NCBI GenBank assembly: GCA_023137125.1
Contig: JAGLPW010000012.1
Coordinates: 1-30,303, forward strand
Source of the DNA: Candidatus Cloacimonadota bacterium
Lineage (GTDB): Bacteria; Cloacimonadota; Cloacimonadia; Cloacimonadales; TCS61
Direction: 5' to 3'
DNA: 30,303 nucleotides
Of the stretch, positions 17,823-25,116 are shown in pieces; position 1 is the stretch's first letter; the number at the start of each line of letters is the position of its first letter. Both the position numbers and the translations under genes were made by a program. The notes below the pieces were generated by a model. The model made no database searches, was not told the origin of the DNA, and saw only the letters and a program-made list of their open reading frames with translations.

Positions 17823-20309
17823 TCATTTATACAATAAATCCCAATTCCCCTCAAAGATCTTCCATTTATCTTTCTCTTTATCATAATAGAAGGTGATGAG
17901 TCTGTTTTTCAATTCGGGATTTTCATCCAGGAACTCGTTGTATTTTGTCGAATCAGTATAGTTAGAAACATGATTTATAGATTTTTTATCTCCAATCCAA
18001 ACAAATTTCTGATCTACCATCTTATCCCTGGTTTTCGTAGCGAGTCTTTGCGGTGGTTCATGATCGTAATTTCCCAACAAAACTACCCAATCTGTTTCTT
18101 TATCAGTGAATTCAGAAATAAATTCATAATATTTTTTATCAGCATTTTTCCAATTACGTTTGAAATCTTTAAAGATGAGTGTTTGTACGATCTCTTCTTG
18201 TTCGTCTAAATTCAACGCAACAATTTTCGTTTTGGAAATTTCACCACTTTCACGAATGCAGAACTGCACTTGATAATCACCTTTGTCCAATTCACCTGTG
18301 AGCGTACTAAATTCTTTATCATAATCCAGCTGGCGATCGTTATAATAGAATCTACCTTCTTGAAAGATCGTTACAGAGATGTTATCAGAATTCATGGTTA
18401 TCGGGTCTCCAGCTTCATCGACCAATGTGAATTCTATCGGGATCAGTCTTCCATGTTCTTTATCTTGAGGTTTAACAAAATCATTTTTCTCCACATCATA
18501 ATTTTGCCAAACACTGTCTGCTTTTACCATTATTACAGATGGAATTCTCGTGTATTCTGCCGGGATTAGATTCGCTCGCAAGGCGTAACAGCTAAGTGTT
18601 TTAAAATGGAAATCCTGCAAGTATTCAGCTTGTAGCATTTTGTCCAAAGACAGTATTCCTCTCACAGCTTTATCTTCATCGATCTTGTGTTTGGAATGAA
18701 TATATTCAATAATTTTATTAATTTTTTCTTTGGGATCTTCTGTATTTTCAAAGATATAGTTTTCAGGTATGAAAATCTGCGGTAGTATCTCATAGAAGAT
18801 ACTTGGAGAAAGCAGATTTTGGAAGTTATCATCAGAAATTTCTGCCTGTTTCAAACGAAGAAATGTATCGTAAATATTTTGGAATTGCAGCTTATTTGCC
18901 TGCCACAAGAATTTTTTATCAATTTCCAACAACTTACTCCAAAAGTCTATCGGGATATTTTCATTCTCCTTTATGAAATCCAAAAGAGGTTGTTTGTTAT
19001 TCCTGCATTCTTTAAATACATCCGCAAAAACAGAATCGGAAGGAACATAGTCGGGAATTTCTTTCTCGTCAAAACTTTTGATTAAAACATCATATTTTCT
19101 TTCTGCTTGTTTTTTCAATTCCGCAAAGAATTCGGGATTTTCTTTGTTATCGGCACTTCCTTTAGGATATTCTAAAGTATAATCTAAGCTTTTCCATTTT
19201 TGATCTTTCAATATCAGATCGTAAGATGTAGAAATCGAATTCTCATCATAGGGAACAAGCGCATAATCAAACAAACTGTCTTTGAAAGCTATTGCCAGAA
19301 ATCCACCCTGACCGATCGTGAATTTACTGATTCCGGTGCTATCAGCTTCCAAAGTAAGCAGCGGACGGAACATCGAAAAATTGAAGGCACAAATATTTAC
19401 TTTAGCATCTTTAACAGGCTTATTTTCTTTGTCAAAAATGTTCAAAGTGATCTCTCTTGCGTTTTGATAATAGCGTGTTGAATTCACATAATTATTGTTT
19501 TTCCCCTTTGAAACCACATCATCGGTACTGTCCGGGAAACTACTGCGAGCCAATATTAGAAGTGCTTTCTGCGAAGATGCACTGAACCAGGCAGAATTCA
19601 AATTGTAGGTTGGTGAAGTGTTCTCTGCATATTGCCATTTTCCGTCCAAATACATTTCCGTCCAAGCGTGATTATTATCTGTGTGAGCCCACCACGGCGT
19701 CCAAGCCGGACGGGCAGGAATTCCTACAGTCCGCAAAGCAGCAATATAAAAAACCTGCATTTCACCACATCTTCCAATCTTGCTTTTTTGTAAGACAGAT
19801 AGCGGATCCTGCGTTCTGCCGGATGTGGACACAAAAGTCATATTTTCGCGTGTCCACAAAGTTATTTGGCGTATCCTCTCAGCAAGATCTGGATATTTCG
19901 TCACATAATTCATAAGTCCCAGATCAGAGAAAGCTTTTCGATAATTTGTTATCTTTTCGTGAGAGACAGTAGTTTTGGCTATATAAGAAAGTACAAATTC
20001 ATCAGGATATTTTTCGTAATCTTCCAGGGCAAAAAGTTCTTTCAAAACCAGGTAATTTTCTTTTAAGTCATTTGGATCAGCATCCCATAAAGCACCACTT
20101 CTTTCAGTAGAAATCAGATAAGCCATCAATCCGTCTGGATATGTTTCCAAAAAGGAATTATAAACTAACTGTACATCTTCAGGAAGATTTTCCAAATTTT
20201 CCATAGCCCGCACCGTGAGCGTATCAATCAAGCTTTGTTCAATTGTGAAATCTGCCGATAAAGTAATGGTAAATAAAATTAATATTATAAAGCTGTAAAA
20301 TTTAATCAT
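17823..20309 (-). CDS. Large secreted transglutaminase-like (Cys-His-Asp core) protein
   Basis: Signal peptide. Transglutaminase-core segment GRCGEMQVFYIAALRTVGIPARP....HAWTEMYLDGKW (nucleophile Cys, His and downstream Asp). Confidence 0.8.
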   Translation of the reverse strand: MIKFYSFIILILFTITLSADFTIEQSLIDTLTVRAMENLENLPEDVQLVYNSFLETYPDGLMAYLISTERSGALWDADPNDLKENYLVLKELFALEDYEKYPDEFVLSYIAKTTVSHEKITNYRKAFSDLGLMNYVTKYPDLAERIRQITLWTRENMTFVSTSGRTQDPLSVLQKSKIGRCGEMQVFYIAALRTVGIPARPAWTPWWAHTDNNHAWTEMYLDGKWQYAENTSPTYNLNSAWFSASSQKALLILARSSFPDSTDDVVSKGKNNNYVNSTRYYQNAREITLNIFDKENKPVKDAKVNICAFNFSMFRPLLTLEADSTGISKFTIGQGGFLAIAFKDSLFDYALVPYDENSISTSYDLILKDQKWKSLDYTLEYPKGSADNKENPEFFAELKKQAERKYDVLIKSFDEKEIPDYVPSDSVFADVFKECRNNKQPLLDFIKENENIPIDFWSKLLEIDKKFLWQANKLQFQNIYDTFLRLKQAEISDDNFQNLLSPSIFYEILPQIFIPENYIFENTEDPKEKINKIIEYIHSKHKIDEDKAVRGILSLDKMLQAEYLQDFHFKTLSCYALRANLIPAEYTRIPSVIMVKADSVWQNYDVEKNDFVKPQDKEHGRLIPIEFTLVDEAGDPITMNSDNISVTIFQEGRFYYNDRQLDYDKEFSTLTGELDKGDYQVQFCIRESGEISKTKIVALNLDEQEEIVQTLIFKDFKRNWKNADKKYYEFISEFTDKETDWVVLLGNYDHEPPQRLATKTRDKMVDQKFVWIGDKKSINHVSNYTDSTKYNEFLDENPELKNRLITFYYDKEKDKWKIFEGNWDLLYK

Positions 20310-20429
20310 CTGTTTTCTCCTACAAACTCTTCTCTGATTCTAAAGAACCTATTGTAAAATTAAAACAGAATTAATATTGTCAACAAGGATGTGGATTTCT
20401 TGCATCAGAAGGTCAATTCTATAAGTTTT

Positions 20430-21374
20430 TTATCTTTTCTTATTTTCTTTTTTCCTGTGTTTTAGCCAATACTTAATTGTAACTCGTCTCCATTTGCTTC
20501 TTATTTTATAAAAATCCTGCCAGTAAATTTCTTTAAATCCATTTGATGCTTTTTCAAATAGTTTATCTTTAACTTTGATCGTATATCTATTAGGACCTTC
20601 TGTAAGTTTACCAAATGATATTGCAAATTGAGGGCAATGATGCATACAACGTAAACAATGTAAACAAGCGAAATCATCGACTATTTTTATATTATCATTC
20701 ATCTTTATTAGATTACTTTCAGGACAATTTTTTGCACACAATCCACAAACATTACATTTTTCTCGGTCAATTTCCAATTTGGGATATTTTGTTCGCTCTA
20801 TATCTTTTACGATCTTCAATCTGAGAGAATCTAAGAAATTACCACGATGTTTTATTCTGAAATCTTTGTTTTGATATTTAAAAGAATTGTCTATGATTTC
20901 ATTGGTAAATTGATCAAGTTTATCAGTTATATTATCCTCGAAAAACATTACAGAACTATATTCATAACTATCAGAAGATTTCATCGAAGCAATTCCATTT
21001 GAAGGAGATTTAAAACTTTCTTTTGCAATTAATCGAAATGCCATTTTTTCTAATTTTTGTGCGAAATTATGTAAACTATCTGCTTCAAACCTTGTATATG
21101 AGCAGTATAAGAAAAATGGAGTAACTTCCTTTTTTCCTTTGAATATTGGAAATATATTTTCCATTATATGGGGATATGTAAATTTATAAACAGGAAAGCC
21201 AATTCCAACGATTTTGTTTTTAAGATCGAGCTTTTTTATTTTATCTAAAGATTCGATAGAAATGAGATCAACTTTGTGATGATCTTTCTCTAAACGCTTT
21301 TGTATCTCTTCGCTAATTAATTTTGTATTTCCGGTTCCGGAAAAATATAATAAAACAAATTCCATAAATTTCAA
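20430..21374 (-). CDS. Flavodoxin-like domain fused to 2x[4Fe-4S] ferredoxin domain (EFR1-like architecture)
   Basis: N-terminal LLYFSGTGNTKLISEEI (flavodoxin phosphate loop). C-terminal CNVCGLCAKNCP and CLHCLRCMHHCP. Same architecture as 27459..28274. Confidence 0.8.
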   Translation of the reverse strand: MKFMEFVLLYFSGTGNTKLISEEIQKRLEKDHHKVDLISIESLDKIKKLDLKNKIVGIGFPVYKFTYPHIMENIFPIFKGKKEVTPFFLYCSYTRFEADSLHNFAQKLEKMAFRLIAKESFKSPSNGIASMKSSDSYEYSSVMFFEDNITDKLDQFTNEIIDNSFKYQNKDFRIKHRGNFLDSLRLKIVKDIERTKYPKLEIDREKCNVCGLCAKNCPESNLIKMNDNIKIVDDFACLHCLRCMHHCPQFAISFGKLTEGPNRYTIKVKDKLFEKASNGFKEIYWQDFYKIRSKWRRVTIKYWLKHRKKENKKR

Positions 21375-21397
21375 AATTCCTTTAATAGTTCATTTAT

Positions 21398-21904
21398 TTA
21401 TTGGTTAATGTTATTGGAAGAACTCTCTACGATCTTACCTGTTGATTTATCGATGATCTCGTAGGAAATTGGAAAAGGATCGGATCTTCTTTTCATAAAC
21501 TTAATTGCATAAGATCTAGCATAATTCTTCGCCATTTCTACAGTTTCCCATTCATATTTACCAGAAAATGTTCTTTCTTCCTTATTAACCATAAACTGTT
21601 TTGTACAAAAACCAGGAAGACCAGAGAAGAATGGGATTGTTAATTTCGTTCGTTTAATAATAATTTCGGGGGAGATTTTAGGAGAATGAAATATTATCTT
21701 AAAAATTGCATTTCCAGATTTTGGTTCCCCGCTTTTTGATAAAATATCAATTTCAAGGAAAATTCTATTTTTATTCGAATCTTTTAATAGAATTTCCTTC
21801 CCAATATTTTTCCTTGGAAATTGAATTCTTCTCATTGTTTTTAAATGTGAATATCGCATAATAGAATATAATGGATTGTACTTTATCACATTCATTTTTT
21901 TCAC
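21398..21904 (-). CDS. Hypothetical protein; C-terminal half resembles a YdhR/ABM-type alpha+beta barrel
   Basis: The ORF sits between tetR (6-nt gap) and the flavodoxin-ferredoxin gene (23-nt gap). PGFCTKQFMVN....FSGKYEWETVEMAKNYARSY is reminiscent of the YdhR pattern (GL..K.W....G.Y.W.....A..Y). Weak assignment. Confidence 0.4.
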   Translation of the reverse strand: MKKMNVIKYNPLYSIMRYSHLKTMRRIQFPRKNIGKEILLKDSNKNRIFLEIDILSKSGEPKSGNAIFKIIFHSPKISPEIIIKRTKLTIPFFSGLPGFCTKQFMVNKEERTFSGKYEWETVEMAKNYARSYAIKFMKRRSDPFPISYEIIDKSTGKIVESSSNNINQ

Positions 21905-21910
21905 CTATTC

Positions 21911-22531
21911 TTATTCTCTCTTTTGTTGTAGTGCGTTGTGAACGAATTTCTTGATAAAATTTTCTTGTTCATCAAAGAAATGCTGAATTTCTTCTTGAGA
22001 GAATTGTGTTATCTCCATTATCAATGGCTTTGCAATAAAAGGAAAAATGCACATTGAAATAATGTTTATGAGCAAATGATTGGGATTGATTTTTTTTATC
22101 GTTCCTTTTTCCATTTCTAAATGCAATTCTTCAAAAATTTCATCAAAGAATTTCACTTTCATCGAATTAGTTTCCATATTCTTTTGGATGAAAGCCAGAT
22201 TATTTTCAATTTCATTCAAGATGAATTTTATGTTTTGTGTATTTGTTTTTATAAAATCTAAATATTTTTCAATTATCACATCTATCTTCTCTATAATGGG
22301 CATATTAGAATTTACAACTTTGTCGAATGAGATAAATAAATTCTTGAAACTATTTAACAAGACTACTTCAAAGAGTTCTTGTTTGGAACTGAAATAGTAA
22401 TGCAGTGCAGCTTTATTTACATTTGCGAGATTTGCAATTTCCTGCATTCGAGCACCATTAAACCCCTTATTATAGAATATTTCTGTCGCTACTGTAAGAA
22501 TTTTGTCTTTTGTTTTCAGCTTTTCTCCCAT
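21911..22531 (-). CDS. TetR/AcrR family transcriptional regulator
   Basis: N-terminal HTH ILTVATEIFYNKGFNGARMQEIANLANVNKAALHYYFSSKQELFEVV. AAAGGAGAA RBS. Confidence 0.9.
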   Translation of the reverse strand: MGEKLKTKDKILTVATEIFYNKGFNGARMQEIANLANVNKAALHYYFSSKQELFEVVLLNSFKNLFISFDKVVNSNMPIIEKIDVIIEKYLDFIKTNTQNIKFILNEIENNLAFIQKNMETNSMKVKFFDEIFEELHLEMEKGTIKKINPNHLLINIISMCIFPFIAKPLIMEITQFSQEEIQHFFDEQENFIKKFVHNALQQKRE

Positions 22532-22546
22532 TATAAGTTCTCCTTT

Positions 22547-22561
22547 TTAACCATTTGGTTA
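22547..22561. promoter_or_regulatory. Candidate TetR operator O1 (inverted repeat TTAACCA-tt-TGGTTA)
   Basis: 7-bp arms with a 2-nt spacer, 16 nt upstream of the tetR ATG and just upstream of its RBS. A near-identical copy lies 52 nt away. Confidence 0.55.
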
Positions 22562-22598
22562 GATTTCTTATTGTAGTGATATTCTGTCAAATAATATT

Positions 22599-22628
22599 TT
22601 AACCATTTGGTTAAATCGATTGGTTAAA
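22599..22628. promoter_or_regulatory. Candidate TetR operator O2 (TTAACCA-tt-TGGTTAA) plus an extra TTGGTTAAA half-site
   Basis: Full palindrome at 22599-22614 and a further half-site at 22620-22628. TTGACA and TACAAT hexamers (tetR sense strand) lie between O1 and O2. Confidence 0.5.
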
Positions 22629-22685
22629 TTTAGGAACGAAGAGTTAAGTCTGTTTGAATTCTTGTTTCCAAAACAAAATCAACTC

Positions 22686-22745
22686 CTAAACATCTTCTAA
22701 TAATTTCTTTAATGGTTTTGTCATCTGCGAACTCATCTGATTATT
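22686..22745 (-). pseudogene. 3'-terminal remnant (19 codons + stop) of a paralogue of the 23723..25105 gene
   Basis: The minus strand reads NNQMSSQMTKPLKKLLEDV*, against NNQMSSQMVKPLKKLLEKI* at the end of the 23723..25105 gene. The 24 nt at 22722-22745 are identical to 23759-23782. The remainder differs mostly at synonymous positions. An in-frame TGA sits immediately upstream of the remnant. Confidence 0.65.
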
Positions 22746-22948
22746 TCATGAACCGGAGTACTCTTTTTTTACCATAAATCCTCGCAAATATACTGATATT
22801 ACATTGCGAAGATTTTTTATATCGCTCTTTTTGGCATAATATTTATTTTGTTGACATTCAAATATCAAAATAACGATTGTATTCAACGTAGAATAAATAG
22901 ATCAGGAATAATTCATGACGATGTTATTGAGTGAAGATATAAGATTAT

Positions 22949-22971
22949 TATACTGCGAGTTTCGCAGTATA
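22949..22971. repeat. Perfect inverted repeat, 10-bp arms (tatactgcga / tcgcagtata), 3-nt spacer
   Basis: Read directly from the sequence. It ends 8 nt before the GTTAGCA heptamer at 22979 and about 38 nt upstream of the SRPBCC ATG. Confidence 0.5.
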
Positions 22972-22979
22972 TTACGATG

Positions 22980-23683
22980 TTAGCACTCCCATACCAAAAG
23001 AGGTTAAAATGAAACGAAAATCTTACACATATCAAGTCCAATCTACCTTAGAAGCTTCCTGTGAAGAGGTATGGACACAGGTATTTCAAATGGAAGGGGT
23101 GAATGCTGAACTTTCACCGTGGATGAAAATGACTTATCCATTAGAGATGAATCGATTCGATCCTGAAATGACTCCTATTGGAAAGCTTGTTTTTCGTAGC
23201 ACCATATTAGTATTTGGGCTAATCCCAATAGATTACTATAATTTGTCTTTTGTCAAAATTGATTCTCCCACTCAATTTCATGAGCAATCAAGCTCAATAG
23301 GATTCAAAAAATGGACGCATATCCGTACACTGGAAACCGTAGAGAGAGGTTGCAGATTGACTGACAAGGTGGAATATGAACCCCGTATCCCCATATTAGG
23401 AGGTGCGTTACATCCTGTTTTTTTGGGATTATTTAAACATCGTCAAAAATACTTGAGAAAAAAGTTTGGTTATTTGAACGAACCAGGCGATACTGAAATT
23501 TGAATGTTCTATCGTAAAAAATGTTAAACAATATATTCTCTTCCGAACTTATAGGTGCTAACAAAAGGATGAACGCGGACCCAAAAAGGCTTGGCTTCGA
23601 GTAAATCTGTCATAAGGGTCAAGCATTCGCTATTTTAAAGGGTACCACAACCTATCGGCGTTTTTGGGCCGGTTATCCATACG
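22980..23683 (+). mobile_element. Candidate integron-type gene cassette (SRPBCC ORF + attC-like site)
   Basis: The heptamer GTTAGCA at 22979-22985 is the exact reverse complement of TGCTAAC (23556-23562) at the left end of the downstream folded repeat. That repeat ends in GTTATCC (23683-23689). One compact ORF starts 29 nt after the putative G|TT boundary. It is the only plus-strand gene in 17.3-30.3 kb and is visibly GC-richer. Confidence 0.35.
23009..23503 (+). CDS. SRPBCC (START/Bet v 1-like) ligand-binding superfamily protein
   Basis: 164 aa. The N-terminal pattern V.STLEAS.EEVW..V....GVN.EL.PWMKM, the central W.H.R.LE....GC.L.D.V.Y.P segment and the C-terminal F.HRQKYLRKKFG resemble SRPBCC/cyclase-dehydrase-like proteins. 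AAGAGG RBS. Confidence 0.6.
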   Translation: MKRKSYTYQVQSTLEASCEEVWTQVFQMEGVNAELSPWMKMTYPLEMNRFDPEMTPIGKLVFRSTILVFGLIPIDYYNLSFVKIDSPTQFHEQSSSIGFKKWTHIRTLETVERGCRLTDKVEYEPRIPILGGALHPVFLGLFKHRQKYLRKKFGYLNEPGDTEI

Positions 23684-23689
23684 TTATCC
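23556..23689 (+). repeat. attC-like imperfect inverted repeat (about 134 nt)
   Basis: Outer boxes gctaac (23557-62) and gttatc (23683-88) pair at 5 of 6 positions. A 4-nt largely unpaired spacer follows. The stem 23567-23587 / 23661-23678 has 18 Watson-Crick pairs interrupted by three single-nt bulges (G23571, G23575, A23579). All three bulges are on the left arm and each is 3 bp from the next. The central 66 nt are variable. Confidence 0.4.
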
Positions 23690-23722
23690 TACAAATATCA
23701 TCCTATTCGCTACAATATAACC

Positions 23723-25105
23723 TTAAATCTTCTCCAACAACTTCTTCAGCGGTTTCACCATCTGCGAACTCATCTGATTATTGTAAATCTCCTTTCGTAT
23801 CTTTGGGATTTTGATGAGTTGATATAAAATAAAATTCACCATTTTTATTTTAAATTTTGTATTGTAAGATTTAAAAATCCCCAGCTTCTTAAAAGCTTTA
23901 TAATCAGCAACAAAAGGAAAGCGAAGCGGTCCGTATATATCATCGCGGAAAACTTTCATTCCACCCACACCGAGGAAATTATCTTCTTTCTTCAGTTTTT
24001 GATCTGCATAGCGGATTGTCTTTTGGGCAGTTGCGGAAATGATATTATCCAATTCTGCTGAATCTTTGTATTCATCAGTAACAAAATCAACCAGGTTTCC
24101 TCTTTGAATTTGCGCCCACGCCTCGAATATCTGCCTGATATTCGGAATTTGTTTCAGTGGTCCAGAAACAAGATAGACAAGTTGTTTACCGGTAAATACG
24201 GGAACATGATTGTTATAAAAGCTGCGATCTATGAACATCTTCCAACGAGCAGAAAAAAACCTGTCTTTGATCTTAGCAGCATAAACAATAATATCTGCTG
24301 TTTTAAGTTTGGAATCAAAGAATTTATTGTACTCATCTTTCCCTTCGTAAATGCAGGTATTGTCGTATCCGCAATGAATACAACCCAGGCATCCACCTTT
24401 AATATCTAGATCATGAATATTATATTCTTCGATTTCCTCACTGAAATTTGCTTTGAATTGTGCTGTCATTTTTGCAAGATTCCCTTCTGGATCAGTGCTG
24501 TCTGTTAGAAGTAATATCTTTTTTCCTCTTGTGGAAATCTTGTTTATAATTTCTTCTGGTTTGTATTGGAAATTAGAATATTTAAGAGGAGAATAATAAC
24601 GAATAACGGGCAGATCATTCTCGATTGCATTGAAGAAATTTTCTGCAAACAATAGAAGCTCATTCTGTCCTTCTTGGTTGGAAAGACTGCTCATACCGGC
24701 AGAGATAAATTCAGCATATTTCATGTTCAGATCTTCGCAGATCGCTCTCATATAATTGTGGGCAGTATGATCGTAAAAGTGAATGGATGTAGAAAGAACT
24801 GCTGTATATTTATTTTGGAATACACTTTGAACATTTCTTTCAGAAATCAGTTCGATAAATCGTTTGTATTGAGCCGCAACGAGAAACACATAAAGCGGAA
24901 ACGCCCAGATCACGGCATCTGCCGACTTAACTTTCTCTATAATGCCATTAAAAACTTTTTCATCTTTTTCTATTCGCTTGATTTGCTGCGAGATATTTTC
25001 AAATTCATATTCGTGATCTGGAAAGTTCTTTTGAATAAATTTTACGTAATGTAAAGTTACGCTTTCTTTACCTTTCGGGCTACCGTTTAAAACTATTATT
25101 TTCAT
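23723..25105 (-). CDS. Tandem FMN-reductase/flavodoxin-fold protein; second domain carries an iron-sulfur-flavoprotein (Isf)-type Cys motif
   Basis: Domain 1 is MKIIVLNGSPKGKESVT...AVIWAFPLYVF. Domain 2 is KKILLLTDS...GGCLGCIHCGYDNTCIY (CX2CX2CX5C)...ADIIVYAAKI. I place the start at 25105 (AGGAGA RBS 8 nt upstream, 11 nt after the upstream stop) rather than at the track's 25171, which would overlap the upstream gene. Confidence 0.8.
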   Translation of the reverse strand: MKIIVLNGSPKGKESVTLHYVKFIQKNFPDHEYEFENISQQIKRIEKDEKVFNGIIEKVKSADAVIWAFPLYVFLVAAQYKRFIELISERNVQSVFQNKYTAVLSTSIHFYDHTAHNYMRAICEDLNMKYAEFISAGMSSLSNQEGQNELLLFAENFFNAIENDLPVIRYYSPLKYSNFQYKPEEIINKISTRGKKILLLTDSTDPEGNLAKMTAQFKANFSEEIEEYNIHDLDIKGGCLGCIHCGYDNTCIYEGKDEYNKFFDSKLKTADIIVYAAKIKDRFFSARWKMFIDRSFYNNHVPVFTGKQLVYLVSGPLKQIPNIRQIFEAWAQIQRGNLVDFVTDEYKDSAELDNIISATAQKTIRYADQKLKKEDNFLGVGGMKVFRDDIYGPLRFPFVADYKAFKKLGIFKSYNTKFKIKMVNFILYQLIKIPKIRKEIYNNQMSSQMVKPLKKLLEKI

Positions 25106-25116
25106 TTTGTCTTCTC

